A stretch of 64,000 nt of DNA, taken from contig CAVQNG010000003.1 in assembly GCA_963713825.1 (NCBI GenBank), positions 1,120,001-1,184,000 of the forward strand, written 5' to 3'. Below are positions 22,179 to 33,095 of this stretch, piece after piece. Position 1 is the first letter of the stretch; every line of letters starts with the position of its first letter. Made by a program: the position numbers and the translations under genes. The stretch comes from an uncultured Acidobacteriota bacterium. GTDB lineage: Bacteria > Acidobacteriota > Thermoanaerobaculia > Multivoradales > JAHEKO01. The notes under the pieces were generated by a model. It searched no databases, was not told the origin of the DNA, and saw nothing but the letters and a program-made list of their open reading frames with translations.

Positions 22179-23006
22179 ATGACTGAAACCGCTATCAGCA
22201 TTCGGCGCTCCGGGGAGCGTGGTGTCGACGGCATGCGGCCCGTGCGCATCGAGCTTGGCCCGATGAAGTTCGCCGACGGCTCGGCCGTGATCGAAATGGG
22301 CGACACTCGGGTCCTCGTCGCCGCCACCCTCGAGAACAAGGTGCCACCCTTCTTGTCGGGAACGGACAAGGGCTGGGCAACGGCCGAATACGCCATGCTG
22401 CCGGCCGCAACCCCGTCGCGGTCGCGGCGGGAGGTCACCCGAGGCAAACCCTCGGGCCGCAGCTCCGAGATTCAGCGCCTGATCGGCCGCAGCCTTCGAT
22501 CGGTGCTCGACTTGAAGGCCCTTGCCGAGCACACCCTGACCATCGATTGCGACGTGTTGCAGGCGGATGGTGGAACCCGCACTGCCGCGATCACCGGTGC
22601 CTACGTGGCAGCGGGTCAGGCCCTGGGGCAAGCACTACTCCAGGGGGACCTGGCACGTTGGCCCTTTGTCGGACAGGTGGCGGCCATCTCGGTAGGCATC
22701 GTCGATGGAATCGCTCTGCTGGACCTCGATGCGCCCGAGGATCAGTCCGCTGAAGTGGACATGAACGTCGTGGCTACCGCCACTGGCGAGATCGTGGAAA
22801 TTCAGGGTACCGGTGAGCAGCGTAGCTTCCGACGGGATGAGATGGACCGGCTGGTGGATCTTGCCCTGCAGGGCATCGCAGATCTCGCAAGGTTCCAGGC
22901 CGAAGCGCTGGCACCGATCCTCGCAGCCCTCGACGATGCCGGTGACCGCAGCCATCGAAAGCCCGTCGTCCCGAAGGACGAGAAGGACCTCTGGGGCAGG
23001 CCCTGA
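22179..23006 (+). CDS. rph: Ribonuclease PH
   Basis: GWATAEYAMLP, GRSSEIQRLIGRSLR, DCDVLQADGGTRTAAITG. Confidence 0.96.
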   Translation: MTETAISIRRSGERGVDGMRPVRIELGPMKFADGSAVIEMGDTRVLVAATLENKVPPFLSGTDKGWATAEYAMLPAATPSRSRREVTRGKPSGRSSEIQRLIGRSLRSVLDLKALAEHTLTIDCDVLQADGGTRTAAITGAYVAAGQALGQALLQGDLARWPFVGQVAAISVGIVDGIALLDLDAPEDQSAEVDMNVVATATGEIVEIQGTGEQRSFRRDEMDRLVDLALQGIADLARFQAEALAPILAALDDAGDRSHRKPVVPKDEKDLWGRP

Positions 23007-23070
23007 CCTGTCGCCCACCCGTCCTGGGGCTCGGGCCTTGGGTCCTGGGCAAGTGACTCTTCACAGAATA

Positions 23071-23649
23071 CTAAGGTGTTCGCTGGGCGACCAGATCCTC
23101 ATTGGCGAGCAGTAGCCGGGTCGTGTCCAGGTGACCTGCGAAGGTCGAGCGCTGTTCGCCGTTGCGGAGGAGGATCACCCCCTGGATCTCGGGCAGGTTG
23201 AGTAGCACGGTGTCCACGAGTCCATAGACCGCCAGCATCTCCTGCTTCGATCCCCAGGGAAGATTGGCGTTCTGTCCGGTGATGGCCAGGTCGATATAGG
23301 CGACTCCTTCGTCTGTGACCATCGCAGCCCCAAGACTGACTTCCGGCGGGAAGGCGGCGTAGAGGTCTTCGGCTTCTGGGCCCAGGAGGAAAGCCTCGAT
23401 CAAATTCGACAGCCGGTCCTCGAGAGTCTCCGTCGCCGGCAGAGCGCGTTGTTCCACCACAAGCTGGCCACCATTGCCCGGGAAGAAGAAATCGGCCAGC
23501 ACTTCATCCGCTTCCAGTTCGGGGGCCTCCGGTACGGCTATCTGGCCAGGCGTGGCCGCCTTGTCCCGCTGGGACCACCAAAGAACGACAATTCCGAGTG
23601 CGATCAACAGGACCACAGCCAGAAAGACCCCGGCTGTGCGCTGATTCAT
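23071..23649 (-). CDS. GerMN domain-containing protein
   Basis: N-terminal TM; L..GP, AYIDL, GS..E.LAVY.LV.T, FAGHLD. Confidence 0.85.
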   Translation of the reverse strand: MNQRTAGVFLAVVLLIALGIVVLWWSQRDKAATPGQIAVPEAPELEADEVLADFFFPGNGGQLVVEQRALPATETLEDRLSNLIEAFLLGPEAEDLYAAFPPEVSLGAAMVTDEGVAYIDLAITGQNANLPWGSKQEMLAVYGLVDTVLLNLPEIQGVILLRNGEQRSTFAGHLDTTRLLLANEDLVAQRTP

Positions 23650-25175
23650 GGCAGTGCCTCGTCCACAATGGCCTCGGATCCCATGACGGCGGCTCGATAC
23701 CGGATGACCGCCCGGACCAGGGCATCGATCAGCTGGGACCGATAGGCGGGATCGAGCAGCGCCTTTTCCTCACTCGGGTTGCTGACGAAGCCGCACTCCA
23801 CCAGCACAGCAGGCATGGAAGCGCCGATCAGCACCCGGAAGGGGGCCTGTTTGACACCGCGATTGTGGAGGCCGAGCGCATCATTGAGCTCGTTCTGAAC
23901 CAGCTTGGCAAGCTGTTGGCTTTGGGCCAGAAACTGGCTCTGTGCCAGATCCCAGAGGATCAACTGCAGGTCGTAGAGAGCGTCACCGTCATCGCCCGCG
24001 GCAGCCACGAGATTCTCGGTCTCGGCTGCTTGCGCCGCATATTCGTCGGTGGCCTCGAGACTCGAGAAATAGGTCTCGGCGCCGTTGGCGCTGGGCGACT
24101 GCACCGAATTCAGGTGCAATGAGATGAAGAGGTCCGCCTTCTGCTGGTTGGCGAGGGCCGTCCGGGTCTCTAACGGCAGCTCGGCATCCTCATTGCGAGT
24201 GAGAATCACTCGAACAGGCATCCTCTCCACGAGGCGGGCTCGTAAAGCCCGAGCCAAGGTCAGGGTCAGGTCCTTCTCCTGGGTCCCGCTCGGCCCAATC
24301 GCGCCCGTGTCCGAGCCCCCGTGGCCCGGGTCGATGACGATCGTCCGCACGCCAGAGCTGCGAGTCGGAGGCGTGGGATCGACGGTCGGTGCGGTCGCTG
24401 TAGGGGTTGTTCGATAGACATCGAACACCAGCCGGAAGGGATCCTGTAGCACGTAGTCCTCGGCCTCTGCGTCCTGGGCCAGGACGAGCCGAATCTCCTG
24501 TTGCCCGAGCTTGACGTCCCGCACCATCGGATCGGTCGGCAGCGACTTGACCATTTCCGGACTCACCCGGTCGCCGATCAACTCGACCTCGACGATATTG
24601 GCGGCCCGGTGGATGCGATACCTGGGCTCGAAGGGAAACTGCAGCACGACGGTGGTTACGCCCTGCAGGTGGACGATATCGACAGTGACCGGCACCTGGC
24701 GCTGCGGCTGCCGTCGTACCTTGAGGGTTCTTGCCGGGGCATCCCATTGAAAGTCGTAGCCCATCTTCTCGCCGTAGATGGTCTCGAAGAGATCGAGGGG
24801 TACCTTGAGTCCGTCTTCGGCCGGAACGGGAGCCTGCGTGAGAGGGTAGATCTCGCTTCCGACGGTCACCGCAGCGCTGCCTGGGCCGAAGACATACTTC
24901 GTTTCGCCGACGATCAGCTCATGAGCCTGGTACAGGGGCCCCAACTTCAGCTCGCCACCCAGCTGCACGACTACGGAATGCAAAGTGAAGACGGGGCCGA
25001 ACGCCGAGACGGAATAGCCCACCGGGACCTGGCGCCGACCCATGTCGAGGGTGGCAAGACCCGATTCGTACAGGGTCACGGGCTGGGGCACTTCGGCAGC
25101 GCGGGCCAGGCCGGGCAGCAGGGCACCGAGCAGGCCAAGACATAGCAGACCGGCTATGTATCGCAAGTCCCTCAC
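23646..25175 (-). CDS. N-acetylmuramoyl-L-alanine amidase (Amidase_3, AmiC-like)
   Basis: IVIDPGHGGSDTGA, EK, FISLHLN, QAPFRVL..ASMPAVLVECGFVSN. Confidence 0.92.
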   Translation of the reverse strand: MRDLRYIAGLLCLGLLGALLPGLARAAEVPQPVTLYESGLATLDMGRRQVPVGYSVSAFGPVFTLHSVVVQLGGELKLGPLYQAHELIVGETKYVFGPGSAAVTVGSEIYPLTQAPVPAEDGLKVPLDLFETIYGEKMGYDFQWDAPARTLKVRRQPQRQVPVTVDIVHLQGVTTVVLQFPFEPRYRIHRAANIVEVELIGDRVSPEMVKSLPTDPMVRDVKLGQQEIRLVLAQDAEAEDYVLQDPFRLVFDVYRTTPTATAPTVDPTPPTRSSGVRTIVIDPGHGGSDTGAIGPSGTQEKDLTLTLARALRARLVERMPVRVILTRNEDAELPLETRTALANQQKADLFISLHLNSVQSPSANGAETYFSSLEATDEYAAQAAETENLVAAAGDDGDALYDLQLILWDLAQSQFLAQSQQLAKLVQNELNDALGLHNRGVKQAPFRVLIGASMPAVLVECGFVSNPSEEKALLDPAYRSQLIDALVRAVIRYRAAVMGSEAIVDEALP

Positions 25176-25265
25176 GAGGTGGAGGATACCAGGGGGCGGA
25201 GGGATTGTAGAAGGATCTCAACGTTGCAGGGTTCGAGCGTTTTTGTTAGGTTAACCGCCCCTTGT

Positions 25266-25341
25266 GGCGCGTTCGTCTAGGGGTCTAGGACGCCGGCCTC
25301 TCACGCCGGTAACACGGGTTCGAATCCCGTACGCGCTACCA
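25266..25341 (+). tRNA. tRNA-Glu (anticodon CTC)
   Basis: Acceptor stem GGCGCGT/ACGCGCT; anticodon loop CT-CTC-AC; GGTTCGAATCC T-arm; encoded CCA. Confidence 0.95.
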
Positions 25342-25421
25342 ACTCTCCCCCAGCCCAGCCACCCGCTTCGTTAGCAGCTTGTCCGGGCTTCGTACGCTTG
25401 CCCCCAGGCCCCCGCCTCCGC

Positions 25422-25446
25422 GTTCGAATCCCGTACGCGCTACCAA
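25422..25446 (+). repeat. 25-bp duplication of the tRNA-Glu 3' end (att-like)
   Basis: GTTCGAATCCCGTACGCGCTACCAA is identical to 25318-25342. Confidence 0.85.
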
Positions 25447-25726
25447 ATCGACAGTCTTGAAGCGGCCGGCCACTGTGCCGGCCGTCGTCGTATCTGGGTA
25501 CCTCAGGCATCGACGACGCGATTGGTCTGAGCAGTAGATCCTATCGACGGAGATGCGGACGTCGGGTTGTGTTCCCGGATGGGCTACCGCCCACCAGCCC
25601 CTGCTGGACTAAACTAGGAACTGGCACATACATCTGGGGCGCCACCCCCGTGATCACGTGCCGCACGTTGACCGGGCACGCCAGGTACACCACGGCGCCG
25701 ACCCCGGAGAAGGGGTGTTTGAGCTC

Positions 25727-26677
25727 ATGTGGAACCTACCCCGAGGTCTTCTCGTGACCGGGGCCCTCCTCGCTTCCGGCGCCTCCGCAGGCCCCGGCGG
25801 CCCTCTCCTCCTCGTCGACTTCCCCCGATCCACCGAAGTCCTGCCCTGGTTCGTCGTCAACGACGACGTGATGGGGGGGCGATCCGAGGGGAGCCTTCGC
25901 CTCGAGGGCGACGCCGTGATCTTCACCGGCAGCACGAACACGAGAGGAGGCGGCTTCTCGTCGATTCGTTCGAGACCTCACTCCTTCGACCTGTCGGCCT
26001 ACGACGGCGTCCGTCTGCGCGCGCGAGGAGACGGACGAACGTATACCTTCCGGCTCACCACGTGGGACACCCGGGATCGGCGGAGGCGGCCGGCCTATTG
26101 GGCCGAGTTCGAGACCGGCGACGGCACCTGGGAGGAGATCGACGTCCCCTTTACGCGGTTCCGCCCTCGGTGGCGCGGGGCCACGCTCCCGGGGCCGGCC
26201 CTCGAGCCGGCGGCCATCGACAGCCTGGGGCTGATGATCAACGATGGGCAGGACGGGCCGTTCCGCTTGGAGGTGGCCTGGATCGCAGCCTATCGCGAGG
26301 TCGAGCCGTTCTCCCTGGGCGCCCTGCGATGGGAGAAGCGCCCCCTCCTGCTCTTCGGGGCCGGCGAGCGTGACCCGATCCTGCGGAAGCAGCTCGACGC
26401 CGTGGAGTCGGCCCGCGAAGGCTTCGACGAGCGCGACATGGTGCTGATCGTCGTCCTCGGTGAGGGACCCTCGCGGATCGAGGGACGCTCCCTGAGTCTC
26501 GAGGACGCCGAGCACCTCCGCGCGTCATTCGAGATCGGGAAGGACGAGTTCGCCTTGCGCCTCGTGGGCAAGGACGGGGGCGTGAAGCGCGCCAGCGACA
26601 CCGTGGTTGCCATGAGAGACATCTACGACCAGATCGATGCCATGCCCATGCGGCAGCAGGAGCTGCGCCGGCAGTAG
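25727..26677 (+). CDS. CIA30 family domain fused to DUF4174
   Basis: W.VVNDDVMGGRS, GGGFSSIRS, RGDGRTY; C-terminal W.KRPLL...LVGKDGGVK...IDAMPMRQQE. Confidence 0.85.
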   Translation: MWNLPRGLLVTGALLASGASAGPGGPLLLVDFPRSTEVLPWFVVNDDVMGGRSEGSLRLEGDAVIFTGSTNTRGGGFSSIRSRPHSFDLSAYDGVRLRARGDGRTYTFRLTTWDTRDRRRRPAYWAEFETGDGTWEEIDVPFTRFRPRWRGATLPGPALEPAAIDSLGLMINDGQDGPFRLEVAWIAAYREVEPFSLGALRWEKRPLLLFGAGERDPILRKQLDAVESAREGFDERDMVLIVVLGEGPSRIEGRSLSLEDAEHLRASFEIGKDEFALRLVGKDGGVKRASDTVVAMRDIYDQIDAMPMRQQELRRQ

Positions 26678-26927
26678 GTCGAAGAGTCAGCCAATCCCGG
26701 CGATCGATCTGGCCGGACTGTCAGGTGACGAAGGCAAACCGGCCTCGATCGCGAGTGCTTCGCGGAGTAGTCTGTCGGTCGGTCCAGGGCGGGAAATCGC
26801 GACCTCCGAGGGTCAGAGAACGGCTGTTCTCAGAGCCTCGAAAGCGGTGAGCTGGGCGAGAAGAGGGTTCGAAGTTGGCACCAAACGGGCTGCCAAATCG
26901 ACAGTCTTGAAGCGGCCGGCAGAGGCG

Positions 26928-27210
26928 TGTTCAGCCTCAGGACATAGGTAACACTTTGGCCTCAACACATCGGTAACACTTTTCGAGTGGCATGCTCTGC
27001 CTTCAGCAAAGGAGGTGGGGATGCCGTGGAAGGAGACCGATGTGCGGAGCGAGCGGATCCGTTTCGTAGTGGAAGCGGCGGGTGGCCAGGAGACGATGCG
27101 CGCCTTGTGTGAGCGTTTTGGCATCAGTCGCAAGACCGGCTATAAGTGGTTGCGACGCTGGGAGCAGGTGGGGTCGTTGGGAGCCTTGGACGAGCATTCC
27201 CGCCGGCTGA
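26928..27210 (+). mobile_element. Truncated IS481-family element (left end plus transposase N-terminus from 27021)
   Basis: TGT start with repeated GGTAACACTT boxes; MPWKET...ER.RFV...LCERFGISRKTGYKWLRR. Confidence 0.8.
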
Positions 27211-27340
27211 CCAGGTTTCCGAGCGCCGCGAGCTGGATGCGATCGTGGAAACTGGTCTGGACAATCAAAGGTCGGATTCGTCACTTTGACGTGGCGGGAG
27301 TGAGCGATGATACGAACTCTGCAGGCAGAAGGAGGTCCTA

Positions 27341-28999
27341 ATGAGGAAAACAAGACTCAACGCTTTGGTATTGGTCGCGGTGGCGACGGTGCTCCTGACC
27401 TCGCCGGCTGCTGCCCAGAACAAGCCGAACATCATCTTGATCGTCTCTGACGACACCGGCTACGGCGATCTCGGCCCCTATGGTGGTGGTGAAGGGCGCG
27501 GCATGCCGACTCCGAACATTGACAGGCTAGCCGAGGAGGGCAAGACCTTCTTCTCGTTCTACGCCCAGCCGAGCTGCACGCCCGGGCGCGCAGCGATGCA
27601 AACCGGGCGCATTCCAAACCGCAGCGGTATGACCACGGTGGCTTTCCAGGGCCAAGGCGGCGGACTGCCGGCCGCCGAGTGGACCCTGGCCTCGGTGCTG
27701 AAGACCGCGGGCTACAACACCTTCTTCACCGGCAAGTGGCACCTCGGCGAGGACGACTACGCGCTACCTAACGCCCAGGGCTACGACGAGATGAAGTACG
27801 CCGGCCTCTACCACCTCAACGCCTATACCTATGCGGATCCGACGTGGTTCCCCGACATGAGTCCGGAGCTGCGCGCCATGTTCAAGAAGGTGACAACGGG
27901 TGCTTTGTCAGGTAATGCAGGCGAGAAGCCGGTTGAGGAATTCAAGATCAACGGCCAGTACGTCGACACACCTGACACAAGCACTCCGGAATACCCGGAT
28001 GGCGTCGTTGGGATCCCATTCTTTGACGGCTACGTCGAGAAGGCGTCGCTCGACTATCTCGACAAGGCGGCCAAGTCCGATACGCCGTTTTTCATGAGCA
28101 TCAACTTCATGAAGGTACACCAGCCGAACATGCCGCACCCGGACTTCGTTCACAAGTCCATGTCGAAGTCCAAGTATGCCGACTCCGTCGTGGAGCTCGA
28201 TTCCCGCATCGGTGCGATCATGGATAAGGTGCGCGCGCTAGGCCTCGACGACAACACACTCGTCTTCTACACCACCGACAACGGCGCCTGGCAAGACGTC
28301 TACCCTGACGCAGGCTACACGCCGTTCAGAGGCACCAAGGGCACCGAGCGGGAGGGCGGCAACCGCGTTCCGGCCATCGCCTGGATGCCCGGCAAGATCA
28401 AAGCTCAAACGAAGAACCACGACATTCTGGGCGGTCTCGATCTGATGGCCACGTTCGCCGCCATCGCTGGCGTGAAGCTGCCAGAAAAGGATCGCGAGGG
28501 CCAGCCCATCATCTTCGACAGCTACGACATGTCGCCAGTTCTGTTCGGCACAGGCAAGAGTGCGCGCAATGAGTGGTTCTACTTCACCGAGAACGAGTTG
28601 ACGCCCGGCGCGGCGCGAGTGGGCAACTACAAGGCGATGTTCAATCTGAGGGGCGACAACGGACAGGCCACCGGCGGCCTGGCGGTAGATTCCAACTTGG
28701 GCTGGAAGGGCCCGGAGAAGTACGTCGCCACAGTGCCCCAGGTCTTCGACCTCTGGCAGGACCCGCAGGAGCGCTACGACATTTTCATGAACAACTATAC
28801 GGAGCGAACCTGGATAATGGTGACGATCAGCGAGGCGATCAAGAACAAGATGCAAACCTATGTGAAGTATCCGCCACGTCCTTTGCAGAGCATGTCTTAC
28901 TCGGGTCCGATCACGCTCTCTTCGTACTTCCGGTTCCTGCACATCCGCGAGCAGCTCGAGAAGGAGGGCGTCAAGATCCCGATCCCCACTGGGAACTGA
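27341..28999 (+). CDS. Arylsulfatase (Cys-type formylglycine enzyme), secreted
   Basis: PNIILIVSDDTG, SCTPGRAA, GKWHLG, TDNG, EGG.RVP. Confidence 0.93.
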   Translation: MRKTRLNALVLVAVATVLLTSPAAAQNKPNIILIVSDDTGYGDLGPYGGGEGRGMPTPNIDRLAEEGKTFFSFYAQPSCTPGRAAMQTGRIPNRSGMTTVAFQGQGGGLPAAEWTLASVLKTAGYNTFFTGKWHLGEDDYALPNAQGYDEMKYAGLYHLNAYTYADPTWFPDMSPELRAMFKKVTTGALSGNAGEKPVEEFKINGQYVDTPDTSTPEYPDGVVGIPFFDGYVEKASLDYLDKAAKSDTPFFMSINFMKVHQPNMPHPDFVHKSMSKSKYADSVVELDSRIGAIMDKVRALGLDDNTLVFYTTDNGAWQDVYPDAGYTPFRGTKGTEREGGNRVPAIAWMPGKIKAQTKNHDILGGLDLMATFAAIAGVKLPEKDREGQPIIFDSYDMSPVLFGTGKSARNEWFYFTENELTPGAARVGNYKAMFNLRGDNGQATGGLAVDSNLGWKGPEKYVATVPQVFDLWQDPQERYDIFMNNYTERTWIMVTISEAIKNKMQTYVKYPPRPLQSMSYSGPITLSSYFRFLHIREQLEKEGVKIPIPTGN

Positions 29000-29158
29000 G
29001 GTTGCGGCAGCTGTGCCCCGGGGCCATGCCCCGGGGTCTGCTGCTCAACCTCGGCCGACGCCGATCTCCTCAACTACTTGGTGCTCGGGATCACGTGGCA
29101 CCGCCATGGATTCCTACTCCCAGACCGCGTGCCAGTTGGCGGCGGCTGAATAAGTGCA

Positions 29159-29475
29159 TCAAACCAGGCGCCTGATGGCTTCGGTTAGCTCGCTCAAGAT
29201 GGCTGCTAGACGCCGGCTGCAATCAATTCTTCCAGTGGTGTTGGCGATCTCCGAGTGAGCTGGTTGAGGTTGGTGCCGATCCGGCCGAGGCGGTAGACGG
29301 TCTTCTATTCGATCCGCCGTGGCCGTGCACGAGTGATACTGCCAAGGGCAACCCTTCGCATGTAAGTGGAGAGGCACTGGCCGCAAAGATCGGCGCGCTC
29401 GGCGAGGGCGCGGCGTTCTACCGGAGACATCCGCACGGAGACGACCTCGGTCTTGAACGGATTCTCCTCAGCCAC
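29159..29475 (-). pseudogene. mobC: mobC-like relaxosome accessory (RHH) pseudogene
   Basis: GAGGAGG RBS plus GTG; VVSVRMSPVERRALAERA...LSTYMRRVALG...*...LGRIGTNLNQL/frameshift/IAN; contains an internal TAG and a frameshift. Confidence 0.7.
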
Positions 29476-29569
29476 GGGTCCGATTCCTCCTCTTGAGCGC
29501 CCGGCAGGGTCGCGAAAGAGCGCACTTTCCTATGGGGAAGTGCCGAGCCGCCAAGGAACACGCGCCCCC

Positions 29570-29660
29570 GGCGCCGGCTCGATCCTCGACCCGCACCGCC
29601 CCGTGGGCCGAGAAGCCGCTGTGGCGCCAGGACAGGAGGTTGTCGACGGGTGCAAGCCGA
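29570..29660 (-). pseudogene. IS91-family (Y2) transposase fragment
   Basis: VDNLLSWRHSGFSAH..VRV motif. Confidence 0.6.
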
Positions 29661-29847
29661 TGCTGGCCAAAAGTGAGTCCCACCTTCGGCACCATTATTG
29701 ACCCTTACCCCTCATTTGAAAGCGCTGTGACAGGCGCCATCATTGCCCTGAGTTTGCCCGAATTGAAACGGCACTTGCGGTCGCGAAGTGTGTCCATAGG
29801 GCATAATATTGACCGTAGCTTTGATCCCTTCCAATGAGGTTTGAAGT

Positions 29848-30783
29848 ATGTTCAGAGAGAACATCCACCGACAACTCCTGGCCGTGATTGCCGCTCTTGC
29901 GTGCACATCGGCCCTGGCCACACCCCCGCCACCACCCGCACCGGAGCTCCAGGACCTCGCCAATGCGATTTACCGGGGCCTGATCGATGTCGAAGGCGCC
30001 ATCTCGCTCAGCGATGGACACTGGCAGGGTGAGCCGTGGGTCGAGGGCGGCGCAAGCGCGCCATCCGCTCAGCTGGTAGGCACCCTTCTCGCGCAGGGTG
30101 ACCTGGATTACGACGGGCGCACGGAGAGCGTCAACCTGGTGAACTACAGCACCGGTGGCACCGGCCAGTTGCTTCACCTCGCCGTCAGCCGCTTTGATGA
30201 GGCGGGTGTGGACAATTTTGCGACCGTGTTCCTGGGCGATCGCGTTATGGTTCGCGATCTCAGGGTTGAAGGCGGCAGAATCATGGCCGACGTGGTTCAG
30301 GCAGGCCCCCATGATGGCGCGTGCTGTCCCGGTGACGTGGTCACGCGCACCTGGCGCCTGCAGGATGGCCAGCTGCAGGAAGTGCCGCTTAACCGCGAGC
30401 CGGAGCGTCTTTCGGCCAATACACTTTCCGGAAGCGATTGGGTATTGAGCCGATGGGGTTTCAAGGAACCCGTGGAAAACGGGATCACGATTACACTTGA
30501 GTATTTGGATGGAAAGTTCACCGGCCATTCGGCCTGCAACCGGTATTTCGCCGGAATCAGCGCGGCCGGCGATGTTGCTGGTGGCATCGAGGTTGCGGAT
30601 GTCGGTGGAACGCGGATGGCCTGCGCTGACGATCGTCTCGCCGCGGCGGAGGACCGTTACCTCGAGGCCCTTCAGCAGGTCAACCGGATTTCGTTCATGG
30701 CCGGGGAGCTGGTGCTGTCCTGGGGACAGGGTTCCAAATTCGGTTCACTTTACTTCCGACGAGAAGAATCGAAATTCGATTGA
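29848..30783 (+). CDS. Secreted META (HslJ-like) domain protein
   Basis: Signal peptide; C-terminal G.SACNRYF...GTRMAC...EDRYL.AL. Confidence 0.85.
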   Translation: MFRENIHRQLLAVIAALACTSALATPPPPPAPELQDLANAIYRGLIDVEGAISLSDGHWQGEPWVEGGASAPSAQLVGTLLAQGDLDYDGRTESVNLVNYSTGGTGQLLHLAVSRFDEAGVDNFATVFLGDRVMVRDLRVEGGRIMADVVQAGPHDGACCPGDVVTRTWRLQDGQLQEVPLNREPERLSANTLSGSDWVLSRWGFKEPVENGITITLEYLDGKFTGHSACNRYFAGISAAGDVAGGIEVADVGGTRMACADDRLAAAEDRYLEALQQVNRISFMAGELVLSWGQGSKFGSLYFRREESKFD

Positions 30784-31622
30784 CCGCTTCTCCAAGGGCA
30801 AGAAGCCATCGCTATGGATGGGGTCCCGCCCCTTTTTTGCACTGACGCTATTTTGTTTGTCGATCACGCAAAGCGCCTGAACCCAACGGCACCCACGCCC
30901 AGCATATTGTAAAAGACATTGATGCCGCGCTGGGTATCGTTGTTGACTGCATCATCCTCGACGGCCTCGGTGGCGGTAGCGGAGCAGGAATTTGGTTTTC
31001 CGAGCAGCAAGGCTATGGCGCCTGAGATTGCCGCGCACCTGCCTCTACAGGGCTGTCTGTGCGCGGGAGACCGTGGGCAGTCTCCGAATCCAGCCGAGAG
31101 TCCTCGAGTTCGAGACCGCGATTTCTATCGGGGGCCGCTTGAGGAAGATGCCGGACAGAAGTAGGAAGTCGCTTTTCTGAGCAGGAGTTTGTTCCAGCCC
31201 TGGGGTGTCGACGCTCGCCTGGCGATGCAGTTTGGGCGGCCGCGACCCTAGGGATTTATTGTAGACGAGCTGGGAATCGTTCCGGGAACACAGGTAACGA
31301 CCCTAGTCGCCTGACTCGGGCCGTGCCGAGAGAAAGAACATCGTATCCCGGCAAGTCGGTTTGAGGCTGGCCTCGACCTGTATCGCGAGGCGAGGCAGGT
31401 CCAGTTCGGCTTCCACCAAACCGCTCGTGAGGTGCAACTCCTCGTCTCCCAGGCGGAGATCGAGCTCGAGCAGTTGCTGGCGCCCCGAGGGGCCCCCCTG
31501 ACGAAAGGTCCCCGAGCCGGTCACCGCGGGGCCACTACCGGTCCGCCTGGATCTCGAGCACATCGAACGTCTGGAGCTCGCCTTCCTCCCCGATTTCTCG
31601 CAACAGGAACGTCCCGCTCAGC

Positions 31623-31799
31623 CACGGGGCCTATGCTGCCATCGGGATCTTCGGCCAATTCGTCTACGTGCACCCCGACAGCAACCTGGTAGTCGCGATG
31701 TGGAGCGCGCAGCCCAAACCCGTGGGCACCGAGGTGATCGAAGAGCAGGACTTCTTCAACGCGCTGGCGAAAAACCTCGAGTCTTGGCAACCGGACTGA
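31623..31799 (+). pseudogene. C-terminal remnant of a serine hydrolase (beta-lactamase/NylB-like)
   Basis: Manual translation HGAYAAIGIFGQFVYVHPDSNLVVAMWSAQPKP...*; no N-terminal part is present. Confidence 0.6.
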
Positions 31800-32153
31800 G
31801 TCTGGCTTCACTAGAAGGACAATACTCCACGACACCTGACAGCGATGGGCCGCCTCGGCTGGCAAACACTTCTTCCCTGCTGGGTGTCCAATCACTCTAG
31901 AACAGGCCGTCCTACCTCCTAAAAGAGGTGCCAACCGAACCTGGCTCCCAACAGGGACGAGGGTACCCCGGTTCCCGGTTGTGACTCCCGAATCACCGAC
32001 CGCAGGTCGTTCTGCCGCGACATCCAATCAGTCGAGGGTCCGCGGATGCCAGTAATCCGGCCGGGTGCGGCCGGGCAGCACAGGGAATCTCTGCCACGGG
32101 CTGCCCCATGCGGTCGATTCACTTCCTGGCTTCGATCGAGTGGTGAATGAGAG

Positions 32154-33095
32154 CTAGCCTGGCGCCAGATCCGGGATCCGGACAACCACGGGTAGGCGAG
32201 GCGGAAAGCTCCCCGCGGGGAAGCCGACCCTGAAGTCACCCTGCCGCAGTTTCTCCGCAGCCTCGCGGTACGCCCCGACAAACCACCGGTAGGCCTCCAC
32301 CAGCTCTCTTCGGGCAGCCTTTGAAGCCGCATGGAAGGCCGGCGCGAGGGCCTTCTTTGACTTCAACGGTCTATGGTGAGGGTCCTGAGCCAAGACGGCA
32401 CCGACACCCAGTGGCCGGGTTTCGTGCTCGGCATGTCGATCGGCGGTTTCGGTCTCGATTTGGAAGATCAGTTCAGCGATCCGACTTCGGGGCCTTTCTT
32501 CCGGGAGATGCTGCCAGCAGGGCAATGGGTCGAGCCGTATCGTCTCGGGAGATGCGTAGGCGAAGTGGTCGAACTCTTCTCGCCGAGCTCGCGCAGCGTA
32601 CTCCTGGGTTCGGTCAAACCACAGGCCTCTTAGGGGCAGGCCTTCGAGCAGCGCCTCAACGCAATGGGCACCTGGCCACTCTCGAGGTCGAGCGACTAGA
32701 CCCTCCTTGCAGCCGTGAGACAAGAGGTACCTGAGCCTATCGACCTGAGCCGCCTCTTCTTGACTGATCACGATGGCCTGGTACCGGCGACCCCAGAACT
32801 TCTCCCTCCACCCATGCAATCGACCGGCCTCTCGTGCCAGGTTCGAGTTGAGGAAATTCATGAAGCGGGCGAGTTCAGGGGCATTGTCGACACTCAGAAG
32901 AAGATGGTAGTGATTCGAGAGGAAGACGAACGCATGAAGCTCGACCGGGCAGAGCCTTTGGGCTCGGGCGAGGACGCCGATGATGATGGAGTTCAACTCA
33001 TCGGAGGGCTTGAGCAGAAATCGGCCCTGCATTGTCCGACATGTCACTTCGACCAGGGCGCCGCCTTCGGGGATGTACCTCAGTCTCCTTGCCAT
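32154..33095 (-). mobile_element. RAYT-type HUH (Y1) transposase, IS200/IS605 superfamily
   Basis: VTCR, AFVFLSNHYHLL (HUH), FWGRRY, LRY, GLV..P..WP; flanked by GGTGCCA motifs in inverted orientation (about 31926 and 33188). Confidence 0.85.

Noticed and set aside
29290-29320. Stop-codon recoding (pyrrolysine) at the TAGs in mobC or the IS5 transposase
   Set aside because: The stops come with frameshifts or deletions, consistent with pseudogene decay.
31303-31563. Minus-strand ORF remnant
   Set aside because: No recognizable family or credible start in a fragment-rich region.
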